Below, piece after piece: positions 7,816 through 16,896 of a stretch of DNA of 41,985 nt. The translations under genes and the position numbers were made by a program. Under the pieces are notes generated by a model, which saw nothing but the letters and a program-made list of their open reading frames with translations, ran no database searches and had not been told where the DNA came from. Position 1 is the stretch's first letter. The number at the start of each line of letters is the position of its first letter. Source of the stretch: Candidatus Sericytochromatia bacterium (GTDB lineage: Bacteria; Cyanobacteriota; Sericytochromatia; S15B-MN24; JAQBPE01); NCBI GenBank assembly GCA_040400605.1, contig JBBAPZ010000010.1:74714-116698 (forward strand). Direction: 5' to 3'.

Positions 7816-7844
7816 AAGCCTCTCTCGAAAGGGAGAGGCTTTTT
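7816..7844 (+). terminator. Rho-independent terminator after tRNA-Leu
   Basis: AAGCCTCTCTC-GAAA-GGGAGAGGCTT stem followed by a T run. Confidence 0.9.
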
Positions 7845-7988
7845 GATGTCTTGGTATCGGAAAAATGCGCACACTGGCACGTAAAAAAGGCAGAGGGACC
7901 CTGTTTGGTTGGGTACCACTGCCATTGAGATTCCCGAAAAAGAACGTGGGCATTCGCGCCCGAGTGTATTGCCCGCCCGGTATTGAAC

Positions 7989-8333
7989 TCAGTGTGCGAC
8001 AGGACCCTGCCAGGCCAGCATGCCACCGGTCATGTTTACCGCGTCAAGCCCTGCTTGACGCAATACCTGCGTGGCGCGATCAGAGCGCCCCCCACTCCGA
8101 CATATAACCACAATCGGGCGTTCCCGTTCCAATTCGCCCATGCGCGCTTCAACCGTTCCAAGTGGCATCAAGACACTGCCAGGTATGTGACCGGCTGAAT
8201 ATTCATCAGGTTCCCGAACATCCAGAAACACTGGTGGGGATGCGTCATTGAGTCGTGAAAGCGCTTCATTGACAGTGATGGCTGGCGTGGCGGATTTGAA
8301 AAATGAAAACACAGGCTCCTCACTTCTAAACAC
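7989..8333 (-). CDS. Single-domain rhodanese (sulfurtransferase)
   Basis: LDVREPDEY..GHIPGS and active-site loop CRSGGRS. The start may be GTG 8312. Confidence 0.92.
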   Translation of the reverse strand: MFRSEEPVFSFFKSATPAITVNEALSRLNDASPPVFLDVREPDEYSAGHIPGSVLMPLGTVEARMGELERERPIVVICRSGGRSDRATQVLRQAGLDAVNMTGGMLAWQGPVAH

Positions 8334-8390
8334 AACGTGATGAATTTCATCTCTGTCAAAGAGTCTAACATATCCTGAAACGCGATTAAT

Positions 8391-8557
8391 CCACCTGGGT
8401 TAGACGCTACGTATCGTCAGTTGACGCATCGTTCGTGGGGTTGCTCCGGTTCTATGGTTGTATCGCGTTGATTGGCGATAGAAAAGACGAGATTGAGCCG
8501 GGCATCACTTGCGCGTCCCGACTGGGTCAATCACTGTAGGATGAACAAGCCGTGTGG
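8391..8557 (+). ncRNA. Candidate rod-like structured RNA (6S-like shape; identity unproven)
   Basis: Nested helices share one centre (~8471): TATCGC/GCGATA, TGCTCCGGTTC/GAGCCGGGCA, GACGC/GCGTC, CAGTTG/CGACTG, CTAC/GTAG, CCAC/GTGG. G-U pairs favour the plus strand. It lies in an intergenic gap with no ORF in the track. Confidence 0.35.
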
Positions 8558-8653
8558 CGACTGGTCGCAGTATGACCGCTCGGGTTCACATGCCAATGAG
8601 TCACTGTGCCAGGCGGCTTGATACCATTCGCTTGCCGGCCTGTTTCGGTGAGG

Positions 8654-9088
8654 TTATTGGCTGGCATCATCGTGATGTATGGGTGTAATGCCCATGATAT
8701 GAACGGCGCTGCTCATGTGTTTGCCGAGGCTCAGTTCGAGACCCTCGACCATTTCCCACAGTGCAGCTTGCACACGGCGCCGCACCAGTGTTTCGTCGGC
8801 GGGACCTTCCACTCGGGTTTCAATGAGCGCATCGACTTTCCATTCCATCAGCTGTTGGCACTCCTTTTGCCGCAGTTTAGCATCCTTTGAGGGTTGGTTT
8901 CGGTGATCATTGGCCCCAACAGGCGACGGTTCCAGCCGCGCCGGTTCGAGAGCCTCGCAGATGAAACGGTTAGAACTGATGGTTGGCTTTGTTGTCAGCC
9001 CCAAGTCACGCCACGAACTGTTCAACGCTGTGCTCAAAACAGCTTGGTTCAAATTTAACGGCCGTACCAACTTTAACAGACGTATCAA
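8654..9088 (-). CDS. Hypothetical protein
   Basis: 144-aa ORF starting (TTG) 8 nt after the PBP stop on the same strand. Protein-like composition but no motif recognised. Confidence 0.55.
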   Translation of the reverse strand: MIRLLKLVRPLNLNQAVLSTALNSSWRDLGLTTKPTISSNRFICEALEPARLEPSPVGANDHRNQPSKDAKLRQKECQQLMEWKVDALIETRVEGPADETLVRRRVQAALWEMVEGLELSLGKHMSSAVHIMGITPIHHDDASQ

Positions 9089-9096
9089 CGCGGGTG

Positions 9097-11136
9097 TCAG
9101 GGGTTTGGCGTCACCGTGGGTGACTGGGGTACGACATTCTCCGTTGGTGCCGGGGTTTGCGGCGGTGGTTCCAGATCATCATCGTTCTCTTCGACGCTGG
9201 GAAGCGGTTCGGGAACGGACGGTTCCTCGTCGGGCGCTTCGCTGGCGGGCTGACTGACCGGACTCATGGATGGCGACGGGGTTGAAACTGGAGCGGGTGC
9301 GCCGGTACGCAAGTGCCGCGCAGGCAGATTTTGATGCGCACGTCGCATGAATTTTGCCCACAAGGGTGCTGCGAGGCCCCCCCCGGTCGCAGAGGCATTC
9401 AGACGCGAGTTGTCATCGTTCCCGAGCCAAATGACACACGCCAGATCAGGCGTATAACCCGCGAACCACGTATCCCGATTATCACTGGTGGTACCAGTTT
9501 TACCCGCCGCATGACGTCCAAAATTGGCGGCTGCACCGGTTCCGTACTGAACAACCCCCATCAGGCAGCGATTGAGTGCCCAAATGGCGTCCTCCTGGAT
9601 CACCGGCCGCGCATCATTGCCAAAATCCCTTAAAAGTTGCCCTTCCGAATTTTCAATGCGAACAATGAACCGGGGCTCTGCACGCACGCCCTCCGCCGCT
9701 AACGTCGCATACGCATTGGTCAATTCCAATGGTGTGACTTCCGCACTGCCGAGCGCGACAGATAAATTTGCAGGTAACGGGCTGTTTATGCCAGCTGCTT
9801 GCGCCACGTCGATCACATTTTGAATACCCACCTCATCGGCAAGCTTGACCGCTGGTATGTTATACGAAAAAGCCAACGCACGTTCCAGTGTGACACTGCC
9901 GTGATACCGATGGTCGTAGTTCTGGGGCGCGTACGCACCGAAGCGTGCCGGGGCGTCAAGCAAGACACTGCCAGGACCTCTTCCACGCGTGAACGCGCTC
10001 AGGTACACGAAGGGCTTGAACGTCGAGCCGGGTTGCCGATGAGCCTGTGTCGCCCGATTGAATTGACTGGCATCGTAACTGGTGCCCCCCACCAAGACCC
10101 GCACATCCCCACTCCGTGGTTCAATGGCGACAAGCGCGCCCTGTCCCACATTCATGCGCCGGTAACGCTTGACACTGTCACGAATCAGGGTTTCAGCCGC
10201 TTCCTGCAAGGGGAGGTCAAGTGTCGTGTAAATACGCAAAGCGCCACGCATGACAACATCTTCCCCAAACTGTTCACTCAGATAAGACAGCACATGGCTT
10301 GTAAAGTAAGGTGCCCGATAAGCGTAATCCGGGGTATTGGCGAAGCGAAGCGGGGCGTCCGCCGCCTTTTTGGCAGCATCCGCCTGAATGAAACCGGCAT
10401 CCACCATGCGCTGCAGCACGACACCTTGAACTTCTTTGCAAAGTTTTAGGTTGCGATACGGTGAATAATACTCCGGGGCCGGTAACAGCCCCGCAAGAAT
10501 TGCCGCCTCCGCGACGTTGATGGCGCTGGCTTTCTTTGCAAAATATTTGCGACTGGCCGCCTCCACCCCATACGCACCATGTCCGAAATAAACCTGATTG
10601 AGGTACATTTCAAGTATTTTGTCTTTGCTCAAGGTTCGTTCGAGTTGCAGCGCCAACCACATATCCGCGATTTTTCGCGTGACGGTTCGCTCCGCCCGGG
10701 TGAACAATACTTTGGCCAATTGTTGGGTCAATGTGCTGCCACCGCCGGCCTTGCCACCGTAAAGCAAGGCACGGGCGACGCCACGTGGGTCGATGCCGAT
10801 ATGCTCGTAGAAGCGGATATCTTCACTCGCGATGACCGCTTGTTGCAAGGCCGGTGCGATCGCCTGCAACGGAACAATGCTTCGATTTTCTCCGTCTTGT
10901 AAACTCGCAATGACGCGATTGTCGCGATCATAAATGGTCGTTGCTCCTCGTGGACGCGCGGCCAACAGCTGCTCAACGGGCGGAATCTGACTGACCATCA
11001 AGCCGATGCCGGTCCCAAGCCCCAAAAGGCCCATCACAACAATCAAAGAAATCAAAATCAACAGACGCTTCAGCCATCTGCCGCTTCGCGACGGGGATAG
11101 CTGATGGGAACCACGATAAGGACGTCGGGGAGCCAT
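9097..11136 (-). CDS. Class A penicillin-binding protein (PBP1A family; transglycosylase plus transpeptidase)
   Basis: N-terminal TM; GT51 motifs EDIRFYEHIG, GGSTLTQQLAK, ILEMYLN; transpeptidase motifs STFK, SYN, KTG; P/S/E-rich tail. Confidence 0.96.
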   Translation of the reverse strand: MAPRRPYRGSHQLSPSRSGRWLKRLLILISLIVVMGLLGLGTGIGLMVSQIPPVEQLLAARPRGATTIYDRDNRVIASLQDGENRSIVPLQAIAPALQQAVIASEDIRFYEHIGIDPRGVARALLYGGKAGGGSTLTQQLAKVLFTRAERTVTRKIADMWLALQLERTLSKDKILEMYLNQVYFGHGAYGVEAASRKYFAKKASAINVAEAAILAGLLPAPEYYSPYRNLKLCKEVQGVVLQRMVDAGFIQADAAKKAADAPLRFANTPDYAYRAPYFTSHVLSYLSEQFGEDVVMRGALRIYTTLDLPLQEAAETLIRDSVKRYRRMNVGQGALVAIEPRSGDVRVLVGGTSYDASQFNRATQAHRQPGSTFKPFVYLSAFTRGRGPGSVLLDAPARFGAYAPQNYDHRYHGSVTLERALAFSYNIPAVKLADEVGIQNVIDVAQAAGINSPLPANLSVALGSAEVTPLELTNAYATLAAEGVRAEPRFIVRIENSEGQLLRDFGNDARPVIQEDAIWALNRCLMGVVQYGTGAAANFGRHAAGKTGTTSDNRDTWFAGYTPDLACVIWLGNDDNSRLNASATGGGLAAPLWAKFMRRAHQNLPARHLRTGAPAPVSTPSPSMSPVSQPASEAPDEEPSVPEPLPSVEENDDDLEPPPQTPAPTENVVPQSPTVTPNP

Positions 11137-11250
11137 GAATGATTCTTATCCACCACAGATCGTGTCTGTCTCACAGGGCGTTAATATGCATCGGACGCTA
11201 CATTATACGGCTTGTCCCTCGTTGTTGCCCACGGCAAGGCGTTGTCATGC

Positions 11251-11282
11251 AAAAAAAGTTGGGAGGCGAGCGCCTCCCAACT
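11251..11282 (-). terminator. Rho-independent terminator after large lipoprotein gene 2
   Basis: Perfect inverted repeat AGTTGGGAGGCG/CGCCTCCCAACT with a T7 run on the minus strand. Confidence 0.92.
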
Positions 11283-11310
11283 CATCCTTAACCCGTAACC
11301 CGTGTTTGCC

Positions 11311-13452
11311 TTACTTGGCGCCTTGTGCCTCAAAGGTCATACTGAGCGGATAAACACCGTTACGCTGAATCGTCATCTTCTCCAACGCCGCGAGGGTCAA
11401 CTGGGTTGCCGACAGATTCAGGTTCTCGATGTAGGCTCGTTTTACCTGGAAACTGGCCGGATCATCGTTCTTCAGGCGAATGAAGAAATCAGCGCTCAAC
11501 TCGTTACCGCCGTTTCCTGGCCACCTGTAAACTCGATTCTCACCGTCAACCACCGTCTCCAATACCAGTGTGGACCCAGTGGCAAATGGCACGTTCGGGC
11601 TGTTCATCGTCACTTGAAGCAAGGGACTGTTTTTGGTTAATCTCAATTGTGCGACCGGATTGCTGGCACCTACCGTCATGGTCACCGCATTGCTGAGATT
11701 GTTTTGATTACCTCGTGGATTGGGATAGTTGTACGTCGCCTGTATCCCGATGGTAAAACCATTCCGCGCGATGTTGTTCGCGCGACCGGGATTTTGACTG
11801 GTCCTGCCCCTGACCGGCTGCGGAGCCGTGTCGTGGACAATGTTGTCGTAATGAACGACGTAATTGCAATGACAACGCCCATTCCATTCGTGTCCCCGAC
11901 GCACGGTCTGGTTGTTGCCCACAGTGAATGCATCCGCACGCTCTTCGAAAATACCCCGGAATTTGAGCGCACCCTGCACATCGATCTGCTTCGCTTCGGT
12001 TGCGACACCATTTGTCCGCTTGATCACCACCCACCAATCAGGATTCTCGAACTGCAAGACCTTGCCATCAGCCAGAGTGAACTTCACCTCGGTCCACGTA
12101 TCCGTGCCTACCGTCGTCGCCACATTCTGGTAACTATCAATGCCAACCCAATTCCCTGACGCCAGTTTGATGGCACTATACCTGCCGTTATCGGTTTCAA
12201 TGGAATAAGGCGCGTAACCATCCTTGCTGATGGTGCGTGTCGGCTTCGGAGTTGGCGTGGGAGACGGTGTGGGCGTCGGTGATGCCGTGGGCTCAGACGA
12301 TGGCGTAGGTGTGGGTGCGCAGGGTATCTGCCAGTTTGTTTCGCATGACAAAGGGGATGACCCCAAGTCGGATGGTTGAGGTAAAAATTGCGTCAGACGG
12401 TATTCACCCTTTTTGAACGTGACGAACTCTTTTGCCGACTCCTCTTTCACGGATTCCCAGTGACTCACTTGCGGAACGGCGGCTTGTGGTGACGTCAGAG
12501 TCACCCAGTGCGTGCTCGTCGGAATGTTGCGGGCGCCCACATTGCCGAATCTGACGGTTGGCTTGGAAGGGTTACCCGCAACTTTCGACCCATCCGCCCA
12601 TCCCGTGTCACCGGTTGCGAGATCACCGTGAAAACCGATGCTGCCCAAGTAATCTGCATCTTTTTCATGGTCTGAAATCCAGCGCACTTCGGAGTCGACA
12701 TTGTACATCGGCTGAGGCGGCGGCGGCGGCGTGTACTCGCAAAACGCCTCGATGCGGCTATCACGTTTGAAATTGGCAGCGCTCTTTGAATCAATGGGCG
12801 CCATGCCTTCTGTCATAATGCCACGGCGAGAGTTTTTGAAGGGATCTTCCGGTGTGAAATCATATGGAATCGACTCCACACGAGGCCCCTCAACCGGCAT
12901 CTCAATGTTCCAGTTGCCCTTGTCATCCTGCTTCAGGCTATAACGCTCTGCCGTGAAATCCGTGTACATTGACTTGAGTTCGGGCACGAAGCGTGCATCG
13001 GCGCGCGCGGCGACCATAATGCGGCTACCGGGCTTGAGGTACGCCTTGCCGATATCCATTTGGAAACGCATCCCAGCCACCCGTTGCGCCGTATTTTTCT
13101 GTTTTGATGTATCCAGTGCCACGAAGCGCACTTCGGCATCTTCAGACAAAGCACCTGGGGGGATGGTCGCTGTGAGCAAACCATCCGGGCTTACGTAAAC
13201 ACCGCCTTTTTCCGCGGAAATGAGCATCGCGGGAACGAGATCAACCGGCGCCACTTCTGATGGCAAATCCCCTTCGCTCAAGGACTGCCCCGGCGCCTGG
13301 TTTTGTATGCCAGCGCCAGTTTGCCCAGTCAGGGCAATTTTGTTCTCACTGTCGGTTTTGATGGCCTGCGGAGTTTGACAGCCCATCAATACGGCAATAG
13401 CAACACCAAGCGATACACTGCCGCTTGCGCTGAGGCGACGCCACTTTGACAT
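11311..13452 (-). CDS. Large modular lipoprotein, copy 2 (with an internal PT-rich linker)
   Basis: Start reassigned to ATG 13452 (AGGAGG RBS at 13461-13466); lipobox LMGC. Shares IPPGALSEDA, FQMDIGKAY, ELKSMYTDFT, RDSRIEAxC, CxCN, YPNPR and QRNG with 5238-7370. Confidence 0.9.
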   Translation of the reverse strand: MSKWRRLSASGSVSLGVAIAVLMGCQTPQAIKTDSENKIALTGQTGAGIQNQAPGQSLSEGDLPSEVAPVDLVPAMLISAEKGGVYVSPDGLLTATIPPGALSEDAEVRFVALDTSKQKNTAQRVAGMRFQMDIGKAYLKPGSRIMVAARADARFVPELKSMYTDFTAERYSLKQDDKGNWNIEMPVEGPRVESIPYDFTPEDPFKNSRRGIMTEGMAPIDSKSAANFKRDSRIEAFCEYTPPPPPQPMYNVDSEVRWISDHEKDADYLGSIGFHGDLATGDTGWADGSKVAGNPSKPTVRFGNVGARNIPTSTHWVTLTSPQAAVPQVSHWESVKEESAKEFVTFKKGEYRLTQFLPQPSDLGSSPLSCETNWQIPCAPTPTPSSEPTASPTPTPSPTPTPKPTRTISKDGYAPYSIETDNGRYSAIKLASGNWVGIDSYQNVATTVGTDTWTEVKFTLADGKVLQFENPDWWVVIKRTNGVATEAKQIDVQGALKFRGIFEERADAFTVGNNQTVRRGHEWNGRCHCNYVVHYDNIVHDTAPQPVRGRTSQNPGRANNIARNGFTIGIQATYNYPNPRGNQNNLSNAVTMTVGASNPVAQLRLTKNSPLLQVTMNSPNVPFATGSTLVLETVVDGENRVYRWPGNGGNELSADFFIRLKNDDPASFQVKRAYIENLNLSATQLTLAALEKMTIQRNGVYPLSMTFEAQGAK

Positions 13453-13533
13453 CAGGTATTCCTCCTTTTCAAATTTTCGCTGAGAGCCTAGCTCACGTGA
13501 TTTGACTTTGGCTTTTGGGTTTCTGCATTTACA

Positions 13534-13576
13534 ATACCCAAGAGGTGCTAACATATGCGGTTAAGAAATAATTAAA
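13534..13576 (-). promoter_or_regulatory. Conserved upstream motif of large lipoprotein gene 2
   Basis: TTAA-TTATTTC-TTAACC-GCAT-ATGTTA-N8-TGGGTAT, matching 7439-7480. Confidence 0.7.
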
Positions 13577-13597
13577 CTGTCTTGGCCCGTGCTGGGG

Positions 13598-14929
13598 TCA
13601 CGGAATCACCAGTGTCCTGATACGACCGTCGTTGAGATCCGAAAACAGAAGGCGATTTGGGCGTTGAAATGTCAGGGCGGTGATGAAGGTTGCCGGTAAC
13701 TCCTTGAAGGTTGATACATCGCCTGATGCAGTCAGTTTTTGGATTCGGTAGTTGCTCGTGTCCGCCAGGTACAGGATGCCGTTTTCGTCTTGGGTCAATA
13801 TCGTTGGGTTCGCGAAATTGGCGTCTGAGCCTTTGCCGTTGGCGTCACCATATTCGGATCCGGCCAAGGTGCTGACTGCTTTGCTGCCGGTGTTGATCAC
13901 CCGCACGCGTTGCCCTGAGCGATCCGACACGTAGACCTTCGAGCCGTCTGCACTACATAGGATCGACGCCGGTTCGTTAAACGTCGCAAGGTCGCCATCA
14001 CCGTCTTCGTTGCCCGCGTTCCCACTGCCGGCCAAGTTGCTGACGCCACCAGTGACAAGGTTGATTTGGCGTACCTTGCGGTTGCCTTGATCCACCACGT
14101 ATAACGTGCCAGCATCAGGAGACAACGCCAACGCAACAGGCGAGTTAAACCGTGCCGCGCTACCGGTTCCATTGTCCGCACCGGACTGCCCAGGTGCCCC
14201 TGCAATCGTGGTAACGGCCGCTGTGTCGCCCGTGAGTGCCAACTTTCGAATGGTGTGGTTTGCAGTATCCGCTACGTAAAGCTTGGTGCCATCGGGTTGA
14301 CAAACCATTCCCTTCGGCGCATTGAATCGTGCCTTCGTGCCCACTTCATCCGTGCTGCCGCTCGTTCCGGCGAGACCTGCGATTGTCTTGACACTCCCGT
14401 CGCTCGCGATGCGTCTGACAATGTTTGATTCTAACGTGAACACCAAGCCAGCCGCATCGGCACACAAGGCCTGCACCGTATCGAACTGCGCCACATCCGC
14501 TGCACCATCACGGGAACTGCCGATGCCAGGTTTGCCACTTAACACCTCAATGCCTGTAACCGGGCTGACAGTCGCTACGGGCGCCTGCGATGATGGTGCT
14601 GGCGCCGGTGTGCCACTGGCCAGAGGAATCGGTGTCGCTGAAGCAGGTACCGGACTTCGTGGCAGAGCGCTTGTGTTCGGCGAGGGTGACGGAACACCAA
14701 CCACTGGGGAGCCGCTCGCTTGAGGACTCGCGCTCGCGGAACTGCCGGGGCTTATAGATGCTGAGCCGCCCGGAGCGATTGAACCGCTCGGCTTGGGTAC
14801 AGATGTGCCACCTCTGACCACACGACCGGAGCTTGTCGTGCCAGCACCCGTTGTGACTGTGCAGGCAAAACCACAACTTGCAACCAACCACAGGCATAGT
14901 GCCCTGCGCTGTCTGGATGTCATTTTCAT
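13598..14929 (-). CDS. NHL-repeat beta-propeller lipoprotein with an S/P-rich linker
   Basis: Signal peptide with Cys (VASC or GFAC). Repeats of type DG..A.FN.P..L...G..LYVAD..N..IRK. Confidence 0.9.
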   Translation of the reverse strand: MKMTSRQRRALCLWLVASCGFACTVTTGAGTTSSGRVVRGGTSVPKPSGSIAPGGSASISPGSSASASPQASGSPVVGVPSPSPNTSALPRSPVPASATPIPLASGTPAPAPSSQAPVATVSPVTGIEVLSGKPGIGSSRDGAADVAQFDTVQALCADAAGLVFTLESNIVRRIASDGSVKTIAGLAGTSGSTDEVGTKARFNAPKGMVCQPDGTKLYVADTANHTIRKLALTGDTAAVTTIAGAPGQSGADNGTGSAARFNSPVALALSPDAGTLYVVDQGNRKVRQINLVTGGVSNLAGSGNAGNEDGDGDLATFNEPASILCSADGSKVYVSDRSGQRVRVINTGSKAVSTLAGSEYGDANGKGSDANFANPTILTQDENGILYLADTSNYRIQKLTASGDVSTFKELPATFITALTFQRPNRLLFSDLNDGRIRTLVIP

Positions 14930-14962
14930 GGTTCGGGTCCTCGTTCCATCGGTGCTCGCGTA

Positions 14963-15460
14963 TCAGGTCGGCTGATTGATAGTCAATGGAATCTGCACGA
15001 TCACACCATCGCCATCGCGCACCGCCATGCTGCCAAGCCGAGTTAAAGTCTCGCTGGGTGCCAAAAACAGGTAATCGTGCGACACAATTTTGTGAATGCG
15101 CAGAGCGTGGGGACCTGTATCTGGCACAGCAACCCGCATGTTGAGCGTCGTCGTACCGTCATGGGTGTCAACGTAGGCCTGTTGTAAGGGGCCATCATCA
15201 AGGGCATAGCGGATGAGCCATCTCTCAGGCCCGTTGTTGAGAAAATTGTGCGACGGCAAGCTTAACTGGAGCCGCACGGCAACGCCCTGTTGTCCCCCGG
15301 CTTCAGTTGCCTTGAACCACGTGGCAGCCGGTGCGATTGCAGTCGGAACAGTGGCAGGATTGGGTGATGATGGCACTTGGCATCCTGGCAGCAACAATAG
15401 TAAACCAAGGGATCTGAACACGTGTCGCATTGGCATCACCAGTGACCTTTCCTGTTTCAC
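14963..15460 (-). CDS. Small beta-rich lipoprotein (module copy 2)
   Basis: Lipobox LPGC; GTGA overlap with the protease stop (a slightly later ATG is possible). Paralog of 218-688. Confidence 0.85.
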   Translation of the reverse strand: MKQERSLVMPMRHVFRSLGLLLLLPGCQVPSSPNPATVPTAIAPAATWFKATEAGGQQGVAVRLQLSLPSHNFLNNGPERWLIRYALDDGPLQQAYVDTHDGTTTLNMRVAVPDTGPHALRIHKIVSHDYLFLAPSETLTRLGSMAVRDGDGVIVQIPLTINQPT

Positions 15461-16896
15461 GGCAAGCTTGAAGGGCTCAATGCCTTGAGCACATTGATGC
15501 GACCTGCGCCGTAGCTTGGATCCCAGCCATAAGGGCCGAGATCATCGACGGCGCGCAACAGGTGTGCCCTTACCCGATCAACCATCGCCGATGCTTGTTC
15601 TTCGGTTGCCAATGAGGCGTTGTTGGGGTCGTATTTGGCAAAAACGAGCGCCGCAACGCCACTGACATAAGGTGCTGCTTCGGATGTTCCGGATGCGTAA
15701 GCGTAACCACGAATATCATTTTGACCACCCAACGTACCAATCATGTTTTCCGTGGTTGGAATCGGCGCCAAAATGCCACCGCCAGGAGCAACGAGGTCGA
15801 GACGTTCCCCGTAGTTGGAAAACGGTGAGACAAACTCGAAGCCCAGATGTTGGCTGGTCGAACCAACCGCCAGACAATAAGGTGTATTGGCAGGTGTCCC
15901 CACAACGTCGGAGCCCAGATTGCCTGTCGATGCGACGACCAGGATGCCTTTTCGTCTCGCCCACGCAATTGCTTCCGCATAAAGGGGGCGCACCCCGCCG
16001 ATGTTTTCCCCCAGACTCAAGTTGATTACCCGAACACGACTGCTGCCTTGGACCTGTTGGTCGATCGCATGGCGCATGCCCGCCAGGAGGTCCATGAGTG
16101 AGAAACTGTTGGTGGTGCCATCTTCCTCAAAGTAATCCGCTTTGATCGGCATAATCATGGCATCGGGCGCGACCCCGGCTCCTCCTTTGCCATTGTTTGC
16201 GCTCGCGCCCATGATCCCGGCAGTCAAGGTTCCATGACCGACGAAATCCCGCAGGTCGTTCACTCCCCAACCATTGCTTCCGACATTGACCCCGCCTACG
16301 AGACGCCCTTGAAATTCTTCGTGCGTCACATCAATGCCTGTGTCGATCATCGCCACGGTGACTTTGCGCTGTTCCACACCCTGCAACTGTCCCCAACCCT
16401 CTTCGGCATTCGCAAACCCTTTTTTGTGCGCCCACTGCTCCTGAATACGGGGATCGGCAGGCACGGAATTGACCTTGGCCACTGAATCCCGATAAACCCG
16501 CAGCACCCCCGGCAATTGTCCCAGGGCTGCGATCGCCGCGCTTGCTGATTGCTCGTTTCTCCACCCCACGCTGGATACCCAGGCATCCGATAACTTCATG
16601 TGCCGTAAAAGCTTCCAGGGACCACCGCTGAGACTGGCACGCGCTTGTGCTTCGTCGCGATTGTCCGTCCAGACCACGATGGCGCGATCGGCCCGGAACT
16701 GTTCGACACCCTGCAGCTTGACCGGTTGAACAGGGTGAGCCAAGCGATCGTTTTGCTTCATCCCTTCCGATGGCCCCGCCAGATTGGAAGGGCTCATCCC
16801 AACACCACTGGATGGCGCACAGGCCACACTGGCTAACAAGAGGCCCAGCACGCCAACACAATGCGTGCCGCGCCAAAAAATCGCAGGCATTTTCAT
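15457..16896 (-). CDS. Lipoprotein S8A subtilase (copy 2)
   Basis: MIDTG, HGT, ASTGN, GTSEAAP. Start reassigned to ATG 16896 (ATGA overlap); signal ends LLASVAC. Confidence 0.93.
   Translation of the reverse strand: MKMPAIFWRGTHCVGVLGLLLASVACAPSSGVGMSPSNLAGPSEGMKQNDRLAHPVQPVKLQGVEQFRADRAIVVWTDNRDEAQARASLSGGPWKLLRHMKLSDAWVSSVGWRNEQSASAAIAALGQLPGVLRVYRDSVAKVNSVPADPRIQEQWAHKKGFANAEEGWGQLQGVEQRKVTVAMIDTGIDVTHEEFQGRLVGGVNVGSNGWGVNDLRDFVGHGTLTAGIMGASANNGKGGAGVAPDAMIMPIKADYFEEDGTTNSFSLMDLLAGMRHAIDQQVQGSSRVRVINLSLGENIGGVRPLYAEAIAWARRKGILVVASTGNLGSDVVGTPANTPYCLAVGSTSQHLGFEFVSPFSNYGERLDLVAPGGGILAPIPTTENMIGTLGGQNDIRGYAYASGTSEAAPYVSGVAALVFAKYDPNNASLATEEQASAMVDRVRAHLLRAVDDLGPYGWDPSYGAGRINVLKALSPSSLP

Noticed and set aside
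12241..12320. Tandem-like repeats (also ~14560-14790, 31030-31055, 31320-31400)
   Set aside because: They encode Pro/Thr/Ser linkers. They are not CRISPR repeats or independent DNA repeats.
5238..13452. Diversity-generating retroelement or recent gene conversion between the large paralogs
   Set aside because: No reverse transcriptase and no near-identical repeat pair with adenine-specific differences. The regions compared differ mainly at synonymous sites.
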